From a virus (lineage: Duplodnaviria > Caudoviricetes), in the IMG/VR virus record IMGVR_UViG_2799112909_000002, positions 1 through 64,000 of that record: a stretch of 64,000 nt of DNA; one strand, written 5' to 3'. The position numbers and the translations under genes were made by a program. Each line of letters opens with the position of its first letter. Within the stretch, counting starts at the first letter, position 1. The notes under the pieces are model-generated. The model was not told the DNA's origin and searched no databases. It worked only from the letters and a program-made list of their open reading frames with translations. This document shows, piece by piece, positions 48,479 to 59,641 of this stretch.

Positions 48479-51400
48479 GTGGAGAAAATGCAAGTGCTTC
48501 CAAGATTTGATCCGCACAATCACACAGAGTACAGCAATTTACGATTGGTAGACTGCATCAATAGGGTTCCCGCCCTTATAGATAGGGCTATTGAGTTAGG
48601 TTTAAGTGGTATAGCTATTACTGATCATGAATGTTTGAGTGCTCATGTAAAGGCTAATCAATATGCTCAAAAGATTGTAGAAGAACATCCAGATTTTAAA
48701 ATAGCTTTGGGAAATGAAATTTATCTTTGTCCTAATAGAGAAAAAGGACAAAAGTATTATCACTTTATTCTTATTGCTAAGAATAAGCAAGGTTATCAAG
48801 CATTAAAAGAATTATCAACAAGAGCATGGATGAATAGCTTTGTTGATAGGCGTATGGAAAGAGTTATAACTACCTATGATGATTTAATTGAAATATGCGG
48901 TAAGTATCCTAATTCTTTGGTTGCGACTTCAGCGTGTTTAGGCGGCGAACTTTCAGCTCAGACATCGTTGCTTATAGAAGCTGAAAAATTAGGAGATAAG
49001 CTTAGTGCTGAAGCCGCTCATAATGATATAGTTAATTTTATCTTATTTTGTCAGAGAGTTTTTGGAAAAGACTTTTACATCGAGTGCGCACCAGGCTGTT
49101 CTAAAGATCAGATTGCCGTTAATAGAAGATTGCTCTCAATTAGTAAATGTTTTAATATTCCTATGGTTATTGGTTGTGACAGTCACTTTCTAAAAAAAGA
49201 GGATAGATACATTCATAAAGCTTTTCTTAACTCTAAAGAGGGAGAAAGGGAAGTAGATGCTTTTTATGAGTATTCTTATTTGCAGTCCAACGAGGAAATT
49301 ATAGAGCATTTACAGAAGTCTTCTTTTGATGAATTGTATGTAAAAGAGATGTTTAATAATAGCTATGAAATATATGAAAAAATAGAAAATTATTCTTTGT
49401 TTCATACTCAACAGATTCCAGAAGTAGATGTAAAAAATTACCCTAAAACTCAATTTTTGGATGAAAATTATCCAACTTTAGCAAGTCTATTTAATTCAGA
49501 TAATAAAGTTGAGCGATATTGGGTGAATCAGTGCTTCGAGGGGATGCAAGAGAAAAACATCAATTGGGTAGACCATCCAGAATATTTGCAGCGATTAGAA
49601 GAGGAAGCCACTACTAAAAGAATCATTGGTGGAAAATTGGATACCAATATGTTTATGTATCCAGTGACATTACAGCATTACATTGATTTGATATGGGAAT
49701 GCGGGAGTCCGATAGGTGCAGGACGAGGTTCGGCTTGTGCTGGACTGAACCACTACTTGTTGGGAATTACCCAGCTCAATCCACTCGAATGGGATCTCCC
49801 ATGGTTTCGCTATATGAACTCTGAACGAACAGAAATTGCAGATATTGATATAGATTTAGCAGCTGCAAAAAGACCGCTTATTATCAAACGCATAAAAGAA
49901 GAAAGAAGTGCAAGAATATCTTCTCGTTTTGATGAACAAACTAAACAGAATCTTGGTTGCACTTTGGTAGCGACCTTTGGCACCGAGTCATCAAAGGCTA
50001 CAGTGTTGACATCATGCTTTAAGAAAGATACAGTGATTGAAACAACCGAAGGAGAGAAAAAGATTCAAGATATTGAAGCAGGAGATTGGGTAAAAACATT
50101 GAGTGGTTATGAGCAAGTTTTATATCCGACTACTTGTGAAGGAGTTCCAAGCTGTTTTATAAAGACAAAAAATAGTGTAAACGGAGGATTTTATTGTACA
50201 GAAGATCATGAAATTCTAACTGTTGAAAGCTATAGAAGAACTATGGGGAAATGTGCGACTAGTTTAATGAAACAATATATCCCAGAATTAAAGAATTATT
50301 CCTCAGCAGATAAGATTTATGATTTATTTGCTCGGAATTTTAGAGAGGTAACGCCAGTTTGGAAGCCTGCTATTCAAATTGAACCCAAACACGATTATGG
50401 CTTGACTTTAATAGATACCGAAACTGAGGATTGCGAATATATTGAATGGACAAACGATTTTAGACAGAAATTTGGGATTGGTATTAGTGAAAGGATACCT
50501 ATATCAAATGAATTTTGCGAATTAATTGGAATTTGGATTGCCGAGGGCAGTATAAATAAGAATCATAACCAAGTCTCTTTTACAATCCATGAAAAAGAAG
50601 AGGCTTTGAAGAAAAGAATTATCTCATTGATGTGGCAAGTTTTTCAACTTGATAATGTTTGTATTACAACTCGAAAGGCAAGCAAAGCCGTTTCTATTTC
50701 TTATAGTTCTTCTCAATTAGCTCAATTCCTTTTTGAATTATTTGACAATACGGGGGAATGGAAAGATAAAAGAGCTGATAATACTTATCATTATTTAACG
50801 CAATGGGATAAAAGAGTGCCGTGTAAATTAAGACATATTTCTCCTCAAAAACAACTTCAAATTGTAAAAGGTTGGTTTTTAGGGGATGGATATGCATCTG
50901 ACCCATCCAAACCTCACAGTTGCTGTTCTAAGATTACAACTGTGTCTAAAGAACTTGCAAAAGATATGCTGGCTATATTTTATAGAAATATGATTTGCCC
51001 AAGTGTTGATATAGAAACACGAAGCCTTACTTCTACAGGTCGTTGTGATTGTTATAATCTTGCTTTGTATGGAGATTTTGCAAGAGTCCTTTATCAAATA
51101 AAATATCAAAGTGAAAACCTTGAAGAGGAATTGGTATTTCCATTAAGTGCCAGACGTAAAGAAGATATTCCGGTTGTGTACAATGGAAAACTATATATGA
51201 GAATGAAGATAGAATGCGTAAAACAACCAAATACCCAAAAAGAGCAGGTTTATTGCCTAAAAATGCCCAATGCAAACTTTTCTGTCAATAATGTTATAGT
51301 ACATAATTGCAGGGGCTATAGAAGTGCGGAGTATCCCGATGGAATAGACATTGATGTAGCTCAGTACCTCTCAAGTCTAATTCCCGCAGAAAGAGGAGAA

Positions 51401-53737
51401 GTTTGGTCACTTGAAGATGTTCTTTATGGAAATGAAGAAAAAGGTAGGAAACCAATCAAAAGTTTTATTAATGAGGTATCTCAATATGATGGGCTTGTCG
51501 ATATTATGTTAGGAATAAAAGATCTTGTTAGTAGAAGAGGCTCTCATGCTTCAGGTGTTGTATTTTTTGACAGTAATCCATATGAGCATTGTGCTTTCAT
51601 GAAAACCCCAAAAGGGGAGCTTATTACGCAATGGGATCTCCACGAAGTGGAGTTCATGGGCGTTGTGAAGTACGATTTCTTAATTACAAATGTTACAGAT
51701 AAAATTCTTCGCACTATCAACTTACTTCAGGAAGCTGGGGAGATAGAATCAGATTTATCTTTAAGAGAAGCTTATAACAAATATCTTCACCCAAGCGTAC
51801 TTCCTATCCACGATGAAAAGATTTGGGATGCTATTGATAATAATAGGGTTATAGATTTGTTTCAATTTGATTCAGATGTCGGCAGTCAGGCAGCGAAGAA
51901 AATTAAGCCACGCACAATGCAAGAGCTTGCGGACTCTAATGGATTGATGAGATTGGCGGCAAGTGAAAGAGGTGCAGAGCCGCCTATGGAGAAATACATT
52001 AGATTTAAAAATGATATTTCTCTTTGGTATGCGGAAATGAAAAGGTATGGATTGACACAAGAAGAAGTAGAAGCTGTTCAACCACATTTTGCAGTATCTT
52101 ATGGAGTGCCGCCTAGCCAAGAGCAGTTAATGCGTATGCTGATGGACAGTAATATTTGTGGTTTTACTTTAAGTGAAGCTAATGACGCCCGAAAAGTTGT
52201 TGCAAAGAAGCAGACTAAACGTATTCCAGAACTTAGAAAAAAGATTATCGCAAAAGCAAAAAGTAAAAATTTAGGAAAATATATATGGGAGTGTGGCATC
52301 AAACCACAAGCTGCCTATAGCTTCTCTATAATACATGCACTTGCATACAGCTTCATAGGCGTGCAAACCGCTTATTTAGCAGCACATTGGAATCCTATCT
52401 ATTGGAACACCGCTTGTTTGATTATCAATAGTGGTTCAGAAGAAAATGATATTGAAGATGAAGATGAAGATGATACAACAGTAACGAAAGAAAGACAGAC
52501 TGATTATGCTAAAATTGCTAAGGCTTTGGGGGAGATCCTTTCCAGAGGAATTAAAGTATCTTTAGTAGATATTAATAAGTCTGATTTTAGTTTTAAACCT
52601 GATGCTGAGAATAATGAAATTCTTTTTGGTATGAAAGCATTAAGCTATATTAATGCAGAGCATATTGAGAAGATTAAAAGTGGTCGCCCTTATAAAACTT
52701 TTAAGGATTTTTTAATAAGATGTCCGCTTCCTAAGCGTCCAATGTTTTCTCTTATTAAGAGTGGTGCTTTTGATAAGCTAGAAGAAAATTGGGCACGAGA
52801 ACTAAATATCGATCCACGTATCTTAATTATGACTTATTATATTTCTACAATCTATGGACAAAAAGATAAAATAACTTTGCAGAATTATAATTCATTGTTG
52901 AAGAATGATTTGATTCCAGCGGAAATGGATCAATATAAAGCTTTACATAGTTTTAATAAATATCTTAAAGATTATAAAAGAGTTGGTGAATATTTTGTCT
53001 TTGATGAAAATTGTGAGAGATATTATAATGCTAATTTTGATACAGATAAGATAGAGATTGTAAATGGCTGTGTTTGCATTCGCCGCAAAGAGTGGGATAA
53101 GATATATCAGAAGACTATGGATGGTTTAAGAGATTGGGTAAAGGGTAATCAGCAAACCTTGTTAGATAATTTAAACTTAATTAATTTTAAAGAGTGCTGG
53201 AGCAAGTATGCTATTGGTACAGTATCTGCATGGGAGATGGACTCTTTATGTTTCTATTACCATGACCATGAATTAGCAGACATTAATACAGGCAAATATG
53301 GAATTGTTAGTTTTTCGGAGTTGCCGCAACAGCCAGAAGTAGATTATTATTTTAAGAGAAATGGTAAAGACCTTCCAGTTTATACAATTTATAAAATTGC
53401 TGGTACAGTGCTGGGTAAAAATGACACACGTTCATCAATCTCTCTACTAACTACAGATGGAGTTGTAAGTGTCAAGTTTACAAAAGAATACTATGCAATG
53501 TTTAAGAAGCGTATATCAGAACCTGCTCCAGATGGTACTAAAACTGTTAAGGAGGAATCTTGGTTTACAAGAGGAACTAAGCTCTTGATACAGGGGTACC
53601 GCAAAGATGACACGTTCATTGGTAAGACTTATAAAAATACGCCTGGGCATCAATTGTATAAAATCACAGAAGTAAATGGCAAAAATATTAAGATTACACA
53701 CGAGCGTTACCAAACAGAGGAGGATATTAATGTATAA
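48479..53737 (+). CDS. dnaE: DNA polymerase III alpha subunit with intein
   Basis: PHP HNHTEYS/ITDH, GRGSA, DIDID, HASG, KYDFL, YSFSIIHALAY. Confidence 0.95.
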   Translation: MEKMQVLPRFDPHNHTEYSNLRLVDCINRVPALIDRAIELGLSGIAITDHECLSAHVKANQYAQKIVEEHPDFKIALGNEIYLCPNREKGQKYYHFILIAKNKQGYQALKELSTRAWMNSFVDRRMERVITTYDDLIEICGKYPNSLVATSACLGGELSAQTSLLIEAEKLGDKLSAEAAHNDIVNFILFCQRVFGKDFYIECAPGCSKDQIAVNRRLLSISKCFNIPMVIGCDSHFLKKEDRYIHKAFLNSKEGEREVDAFYEYSYLQSNEEIIEHLQKSSFDELYVKEMFNNSYEIYEKIENYSLFHTQQIPEVDVKNYPKTQFLDENYPTLASLFNSDNKVERYWVNQCFEGMQEKNINWVDHPEYLQRLEEEATTKRIIGGKLDTNMFMYPVTLQHYIDLIWECGSPIGAGRGSACAGLNHYLLGITQLNPLEWDLPWFRYMNSERTEIADIDIDLAAAKRPLIIKRIKEERSARISSRFDEQTKQNLGCTLVATFGTESSKATVLTSCFKKDTVIETTEGEKKIQDIEAGDWVKTLSGYEQVLYPTTCEGVPSCFIKTKNSVNGGFYCTEDHEILTVESYRRTMGKCATSLMKQYIPELKNYSSADKIYDLFARNFREVTPVWKPAIQIEPKHDYGLTLIDTETEDCEYIEWTNDFRQKFGIGISERIPISNEFCELIGIWIAEGSINKNHNQVSFTIHEKEEALKKRIISLMWQVFQLDNVCITTRKASKAVSISYSSSQLAQFLFELFDNTGEWKDKRADNTYHYLTQWDKRVPCKLRHISPQKQLQIVKGWFLGDGYASDPSKPHSCCSKITTVSKELAKDMLAIFYRNMICPSVDIETRSLTSTGRCDCYNLALYGDFARVLYQIKYQSENLEEELVFPLSARRKEDIPVVYNGKLYMRMKIECVKQPNTQKEQVYCLKMPNANFSVNNVIVHNCRGYRSAEYPDGIDIDVAQYLSSLIPAERGEVWSLEDVLYGNEEKGRKPIKSFINEVSQYDGLVDIMLGIKDLVSRRGSHASGVVFFDSNPYEHCAFMKTPKGELITQWDLHEVEFMGVVKYDFLITNVTDKILRTINLLQEAGEIESDLSLREAYNKYLHPSVLPIHDEKIWDAIDNNRVIDLFQFDSDVGSQAAKKIKPRTMQELADSNGLMRLAASERGAEPPMEKYIRFKNDISLWYAEMKRYGLTQEEVEAVQPHFAVSYGVPPSQEQLMRMLMDSNICGFTLSEANDARKVVAKKQTKRIPELRKKIIAKAKSKNLGKYIWECGIKPQAAYSFSIIHALAYSFIGVQTAYLAAHWNPIYWNTACLIINSGSEENDIEDEDEDDTTVTKERQTDYAKIAKALGEILSRGIKVSLVDINKSDFSFKPDAENNEILFGMKALSYINAEHIEKIKSGRPYKTFKDFLIRCPLPKRPMFSLIKSGAFDKLEENWARELNIDPRILIMTYYISTIYGQKDKITLQNYNSLLKNDLIPAEMDQYKALHSFNKYLKDYKRVGEYFVFDENCERYYNANFDTDKIEIVNGCVCIRRKEWDKIYQKTMDGLRDWVKGNQQTLLDNLNLINFKECWSKYAIGTVSAWEMDSLCFYYHDHELADINTGKYGIVSFSELPQQPEVDYYFKRNGKDLPVYTIYKIAGTVLGKNDTRSSISLLTTDGVVSVKFTKEYYAMFKKRISEPAPDGTKTVKEESWFTRGTKLLIQGYRKDDTFIGKTYKNTPGHQLYKITEVNGKNIKITHERYQTEEDINV
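50015..51307 (+). mobile_element. LAGLIDADG-containing intein (431 aa) in DnaE
   Basis: S|CFKKDT N-terminus, TEDH block B, LIGIWIAEG and VKGWFLGDG, VHN|C C-terminus. Confidence 0.93.
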
Positions 53738-54287
53738 AGTAATTGCTTTATTTGGAGAGTCTGGAGCGGGCAAGGACAGGATTTTAAATGAGCTTTTATG
53801 GGATCAACCTTTGGTTCATGCAATCGTCTCCTATACTACCCGCCCACCAAGAGAATATGAATTAAATGGTATTGACTATTGTTTTATTACAGAAGATGAA
53901 TTCTTAAAAAAAATTGATAAAGGAGAGTTTGTAGAATATACCTGTTTTAATGGCTGGTACTATGGAACAAGAGCAGAAGATTTAAGAGAAGATCGGATAA
54001 ATGCTGGGGTATTTAATATTCAAGGAGTATCTTCTTTGATTGCGGACGGTCGTTGTAAGGTCTTCCCTTTTAAAGTTTCTGCTTCGGATCGAACAAGACT
54101 AATGAGAAGTCTTGAAAGAGATCCTACAGCCGACTGTGGTGAGATTTGCCGCCGTTTTTTAGCGGACAAAAAAGATTTCTATCACATCCCTTTCAATTAT
54201 ACCCTTTTAGACAATGAAAAACTGCAAGATCTTCCTTTTTTGATGACGCAGATAGAAGAAATAGTTGATCTTTCAGAAATTACATAA
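53730..54287 (+). CDS. gmk: guanylate kinase
   Basis: GESGAGKD, YTTRPPR..E.NG.DY.F, WYYGT. Confidence 0.88.
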   Translation: MYKVIALFGESGAGKDRILNELLWDQPLVHAIVSYTTRPPREYELNGIDYCFITEDEFLKKIDKGEFVEYTCFNGWYYGTRAEDLREDRINAGVFNIQGVSSLIADGRCKVFPFKVSASDRTRLMRSLERDPTADCGEICRRFLADKKDFYHIPFNYTLLDNEKLQDLPFLMTQIEEIVDLSEIT

Positions 54288-54379
54288 GGGCATTGATGAA
54301 TTATTTAATTAAAATAAAATTCATATAATAAGAGGATAGTTTCCTTAAAATATTTATATAATTAGGAGGATAACTTTTT

Positions 54380-57300
54380 ATGAACATTAGAAAGAGAGAT
54401 GGACGTTTAGTTCCCTTTGATGAATCTAAGATTGAAAAAGCAGTATTAAAAGCTTTCGTGGCGGTGGATAAAGAATTATCAGATTATGCTATTGCCAAAG
54501 CAGAGAACATTGCAAATTATATTAAAGATATTAGTGAACAAGAGGAATTGTCTATTGAGCAAATTCAAGATTATGTTGAAAATGGCTTAATGTCAACAAA
54601 GAGAAAAGATGTTGCTAAAGCTTACATTAAATACAGAGAAGAAAGATCAAAAATTCGTCAATGCAATAGTGATCTGATGAGAACAGTAAGAGAAAAAATG
54701 ATGGCAACAAATGTACAAAATCAAAATGCTAATGTTGATGAGCGTTCTTTTGGCGGGCGTATGGGGGAAGCCAATAGCTCTGTAATGAGACATCTGGCTT
54801 TAAATGAGTTTCTTTCTGAAATGGCAAGAGAAAATCATCTTAATAATCGCATTTATATACATGATCTTGACCATTATGTAGCTGGAGATCATAATTGTCT
54901 ATCTATTCCCTTTGATAAGTTGTTAGCTTCTGGTTTTAACACCAGACAAACGGATGTGAGACCTGCAAATTCTGTGAATACCGCTTTTCAGCTTATAGCA
55001 GTAATTTTCCAGTTGCAGAGCCTGCAGCAGTTCGGAGGTGTTTCCGCCACTCATATAGACTGGACTATGGTTCCTTATGTGCGAAAAAGTTTCACTAAAC
55101 ATCTCGGAGACGGGATGGCATATATCGAAAAGAAATCCGAGTACAAGGTAAAGAGATTTCAGAAATGGATAGAAAATGATCCAAACCACCCCGATGGAAC
55201 AATTCATTTTGATGATACAGAATTTCAATCATTACACCCTGAGGCTTGGAGATACGCAATAGATATGACAACAAAAGAAATCTATCAAGCTGTTGAGGGG
55301 ATGTATCATAATCTTAACACCTTGCAATCACGCAGCGGCAATCAGCTGCCTTTCACTTCTATCAATTATGGAACTTGTACTTTACCAGAAGGAAGGGTAG
55401 TTACAAAAGCATTATTAGAAGTTTCTATAAGAGGTATTGGAAAATTGCATAAAACAAGTATTTTCCCTTGTGGTATTTTTCAGTGTATGCAAGGGGTTAA
55501 TCGCAAACCCGGCGACCCTAATTATGATTTGTTTAAATTAGCTTTAAAATCTACTGGAAAAAGACTTTATCCAAATTATGCAAATGTTGATTGGAGCGGA
55601 AATGCTGGATATGACCGATCTGATCCTCGCACATATTTTTCAACCATGGGTTTAGCTTAATACTTAGCCCATGTAAAATCTTTTGAACCGCGCCCTCGGG
55701 TGTCACTGCTAAGTGGCTAACGGTTAGGTCTAGAACAGATGAGATCCGTGCTAAGATTCATCATAATATTCACATAGGAGTAAATATGTGGATATACAAG
55801 ATAACAAATATTCAAAACAACAAAATATATATTGGTCAAACCATTAGACCAATAGAGCAAAGGTTTCATAGACATCTTAATGACGCATTAAATAATATAT
55901 TAGATACTCATTTTGCCAGAGCAATTAGAAAATATGGTAAAGAAAACTTTATTATAGAAGAAGTTGAGACCGCTCAATCGCAAGACGAATTAAATCAAAA
56001 AGAACAATATTGGATTAGATATTACAATTCAGTTGAAGAAGGATATAATGAAACAGACGCTATTTCAAAATGCGGCGGAAATGCTTATCAATCTAAAACT
56101 GAAGAAGAAATGGAAGTTATTAAAGAGAAAATTCGACAAACTAAAATAGGTGCTAAAAACCCTATGGCACGAAAAATTAAAAGAACAAATATAATTACTA
56201 ATGAAATAGATATATTTGATACTGTAATTAGTTGTGCTAAGGCTTGTGGAATACAAAATGGGAAAACTTCTATAACAACAAGATTAAATGGACAAATTAA
56301 AAGTCCTTATAAAAAAACTTGGATTTTTGAATATTATGATGAATAAAGTGTATCGACTATCCCTGATGAATGTAAGGGAGTAGGGTGAGAGATAGGCACT
56401 CACTCGAAGCGGAAGACAACTCCACAATAGTGGAATGAAGATATAGTCAGTGCCTGTGGGGACACAGGATAAACACGTGTAGAACAGCCAATGGTTGGGA
56501 CATTAATGGTTTTGGACAATTAAAAGACGGTCGTGGGAATATTTGTCCTGTTACTATTATTATGCCAACATTAGCTATGGAAACAATAGAAAAGTTAAAT
56601 AAAAACAGTTCAGATGAGTTAAAGGTGTCCGCTTTTTTGGATTATTTAGATACTAAAATCCATGAAGCAAAAGATATGCTTATTGAGAGATTTGATTGGA
56701 TTTGCAGTCAATCTCCAGAGTCAGCAAAGTTTATGTATGAGAATGGTTTGATGGAGGGGTATATCCCAGAAGAGGGCATTCGTTCAGCCTTAAAACATGG
56801 TACTCTTGCTATTGGTCAATTAGGATTAGCTGAGACACTGCAAATTTTAGTTAAGTGCAATCATACAACAGATAAAGGTATGGCAATAGCCAAACAGATA
56901 GAGGAGCTTTTTCAAAAAAGATGTAATGAATTTAAAGAACAATATAAATTAAATTTTGGAGTGTACTATACACCTGCAGAAAATCTTTGTTATAAAGCCA
57001 TGAAAGCTTTTCAGAAAAAGTATGGGCAAATTCCTAACATCAGCGATAAAGAATTTTTCTCCAATAGCATACACGTACCAGTATGGGAAGAGATGGGATA
57101 TTATAAAAAAATTGATATTGAGTCACAATTAACAGGTTACTCTTCTGCGGGATGTATCACCTATGTTGAACTAGATGCTATTGCAAAATGGAATACTGAA
57201 GCTTTAGAGAGCTTAGTCAATTACGCAATGGATAAAGACATTCCTTATTTTGCTATTAACGTTCCTAATGATACTTGTCTTAATTGTGGTTTTACAGATG

Positions 57301-57458
57301 AAATTGCTGATAATTGTCCTAAATGCGGAAGCAAGAACATTCAGCGTTTACGCCGTGTTACTGGATACCTAACAGGGGATTATCCAACTGCTTTTAATAG
57401 GGGAAAGCAACAAGAAGTACAAATGCGTTTTCAGCATTCAAAAGTGGAACAGATTTGA
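54380..57458 (+). CDS. nrdD: anaerobic ribonucleoside-triphosphate reductase, join(54380..55651,56478..57458)
   Basis: ATP cone, YIHDLD, HNC, spliced MG|CRT, TPAE, CxxC...CxxC, RRVTGYL glycyl-radical motif. Confidence 0.95.
55652..56477 (+). mobile_element. group I intron in nrdD
   Basis: P1 CAUGGGU/GCCCAUG, GCTAACGG, ATCGACTA, GATATAGTCAG, terminal G. Confidence 0.92.
55786..56346 (+). CDS. GIY-YIG homing endonuclease (intron-encoded)
   Basis: WIYKITNIQNNKIYIGQT, AIRKYG, EQYWI, GYN, NUMOD-like C-terminus. Confidence 0.92.
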   Translation: MWIYKITNIQNNKIYIGQTIRPIEQRFHRHLNDALNNILDTHFARAIRKYGKENFIIEEVETAQSQDELNQKEQYWIRYYNSVEEGYNETDAISKCGGNAYQSKTEEEMEVIKEKIRQTKIGAKNPMARKIKRTNIITNEIDIFDTVISCAKACGIQNGKTSITTRLNGQIKSPYKKTWIFEYYDE

Positions 57459-57503
57459 CAAACTACAAAAAATTTGGTATAATAAAAGAAAGAGAGAAAG
57501 AAA

Positions 57504-57785
57504 ATGATTAAAAAATATTCAACGAAACCTGCAGTTATTGAAGCAGTTCAATGGACAGGTACTAATATACAAGAAATTCTTGACTTTTGTGGAAAAGATA
57601 ATGCTCTTTTTGTTGAAATAGAAACAGAGGAGCCATTTGAATATCCGTTGTTTTCCTTATATATAATTACTTTAGAGGGTATGATGTCCGCAAAAGTATC
57701 AGATTATATTATTAAAGGTGTCTTAGGGGAGTTTTATCCTTGTAAGAAAGACGCTTTTATTCTTAAATACGAGGAGATTAATTAA
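57504..57785 (+). CDS. conserved phage hypothetical protein
   Basis: KP.VIEAVQW, TLEG.M, DYIIKGV.GEFYPCK; consensus promoter at 57455-57483. Confidence 0.75.
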   Translation: MIKKYSTKPAVIEAVQWTGTNIQEILDFCGKDNALFVEIETEEPFEYPLFSLYIITLEGMMSAKVSDYIIKGVLGEFYPCKKDAFILKYEEIN

Positions 57786-57786
57786 T

Positions 57787-58200
57787 ATGGCAGAATTTAC
57801 AGGTAATACATTATACGAAATGAACCAGCAACTGATGAGTAACGAAAAAAAGTTATCACCAGCCGCATTATTAAGTAAAAAAAAGATGGTTAAACATTTC
57901 TTTTTAACTAATCTTGCACAGTATTTTATGCTCTTGTGTCATGATGCAAGAGATTATACGCTATTTAATGATATTGGTTACAATCCTTTTAATGCGGTAT
58001 CCGTAGAAAGAACAGCAAAACAATTCACTAAAGAGTTGTTTGAATGCTTAAAAAATAGAGGGGATATTCTTGCTATTGATAAAGCAAAAGAAAACCCTAA
58101 AGCTTTGGAAATCTGGATCAGAACCCCGGAAGGGCAAAATCTTTGTTATTATATTTTTGATTATACATTGGGAGTAATTGAGGTGAATTCAAATGGATGA
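57787..58200 (+). CDS. hypothetical protein
   Basis: ORF with RBS. Confidence 0.65.
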   Translation: MAEFTGNTLYEMNQQLMSNEKKLSPAALLSKKKMVKHFFLTNLAQYFMLLCHDARDYTLFNDIGYNPFNAVSVERTAKQFTKELFECLKNRGDILAIDKAKENPKALEIWIRTPEGQNLCYYIFDYTLGVIEVNSNG

Positions 58201-58450
58201 ATTAGTATGTAAAATTCAACCTTTTGATTTAACTCAAACTGTTTATATTTATAGAAGCGGTGGAGTTAAATCAATTAAAATTCCTACAAATGAATTTTGC
58301 GAGCAAATTATAAATCTTGCAAGAGCAGAACAAATAAATCGTGTTTTTTTTAAAGGTCATAAGAAGTATTCTAAAGGAATTAAAGACCAAATAAAAAAAT
58401 ATGAAAAAACTCATTATTGTAGTGATAAAATTGATATTGAAATAATTTAA
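58193..58450 (+). CDS. hypothetical protein
   Basis: ORF with RBS. Confidence 0.6.
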   Translation: MDELVCKIQPFDLTQTVYIYRSGGVKSIKIPTNEFCEQIINLARAEQINRVFFKGHKKYSKGIKDQIKKYEKTHYCSDKIDIEII

Positions 58451-58466
58451 AAGGGAGCAAACTATA

Positions 58467-59366
58467 TTGGAAAAAAATATTTTTATTTCTCGAACTAATT
58501 TAGCCGGAGAAGGGGCGAGTTTATTTCTTAATGATTTTGAAGCCTTAGGTCAACATTTGCACGATTTAGACAATAGGTGGAGTTATACAGTATCTCCAGT
58601 TATACTTGGTAACTACACGTATGGAGTTTACATGAGATTGGTTTATGACAATAAATTTTCTATTACCAGTTATATAGATAAGCGCAGTTCAGGTTCAGGT
58701 TCAGGTCTGTGGAACACAGAATTTATCCCGTCTGGGAGAAGTATCACATTCTCTAAGGCGGCAGACCCGTCATTATTGACTTCTAGAAAAGGTAAATACA
58801 CTTTAATCACTCTTTTACCTACTCCATCAGAATATACAGACCAATACCAAAATTATTCTTCAATTCTCTGTTTTAAAAACCCTAGAAATACAGGTTCTTG
58901 GACTACCTCTTATTTAAATTATGGAATTGGTCTAAGTAATTATGGAGCGATGATGACTATTCCTATAGTAAGTTCTCTTACTGAGGTTCCCGCATCTTCT
59001 GTAGATTGTTATTTTTTTGAAATGCAAAATGTTATAGATCCAGAGAAAAAGACTTGGGGAATGCTTGTCAACATGGCAGAAGGTCCAACAGCAGAAACTA
59101 AAAACGATTTTCCTACAGAAATGCTTTTGCTAAGCGGAGAGCATCTCCAGTTAGAAAAACTTCCCTCAGAGTATTTCACTTCTATGAAGAACAGAGGTGT
59201 TGTACCTGTTCTAACAAATATGTGCAGTAAACAGATTAAATATTATGCACCGCATTTATACATTAAAGAAACAGCTCATGACGATTGTTTTGGGCATATT
59301 AAAATTGAAGACAAGTATTTTTTAGCAGGAGCTGGATTTGCTCTTGAAACAGATGAACACGATTAA
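58467..59366 (+). CDS. hypothetical protein
   Basis: 299-aa ORF with no recognised motif. Confidence 0.65.
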   Translation: MEKNIFISRTNLAGEGASLFLNDFEALGQHLHDLDNRWSYTVSPVILGNYTYGVYMRLVYDNKFSITSYIDKRSSGSGSGLWNTEFIPSGRSITFSKAADPSLLTSRKGKYTLITLLPTPSEYTDQYQNYSSILCFKNPRNTGSWTTSYLNYGIGLSNYGAMMTIPIVSSLTEVPASSVDCYFFEMQNVIDPEKKTWGMLVNMAEGPTAETKNDFPTEMLLLSGEHLQLEKLPSEYFTSMKNRGVVPVLTNMCSKQIKYYAPHLYIKETAHDDCFGHIKIEDKYFLAGAGFALETDEHD

Positions 59367-59387
59367 TTAATTTAAAGGAGTTAATAT

Positions 59388-59630
59388 ATGAAATATTTAA
59401 TTACAACAACAGAAGTATACAGAGTAGATACAGAAGCAGAGGCTCAAGCACTTATTGAGGCGGCAAAAGCTGACAATCATTTTATTCTTAATAAATATGT
59501 CAGTGAGTATAAAGAGCGTAAGAGCAAGGGAGAAGTAATTGATGAATATTTTAAGGTTTCGCTTGTAAAATCTTTTACTGACATCCGCGAGCCTGAGTCT
59601 CAGGTTAGTATAGAATACACCGTTGAATAA
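59388..59630 (+). CDS. hypothetical protein
   Basis: ORF with AAGGAG RBS. Confidence 0.65.
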   Translation: MKYLITTTEVYRVDTEAEAQALIEAAKADNHFILNKYVSEYKERKSKGEVIDEYFKVSLVKSFTDIREPESQVSIEYTVE

Positions 59631-59641
59631 GGAGTTTTAAA

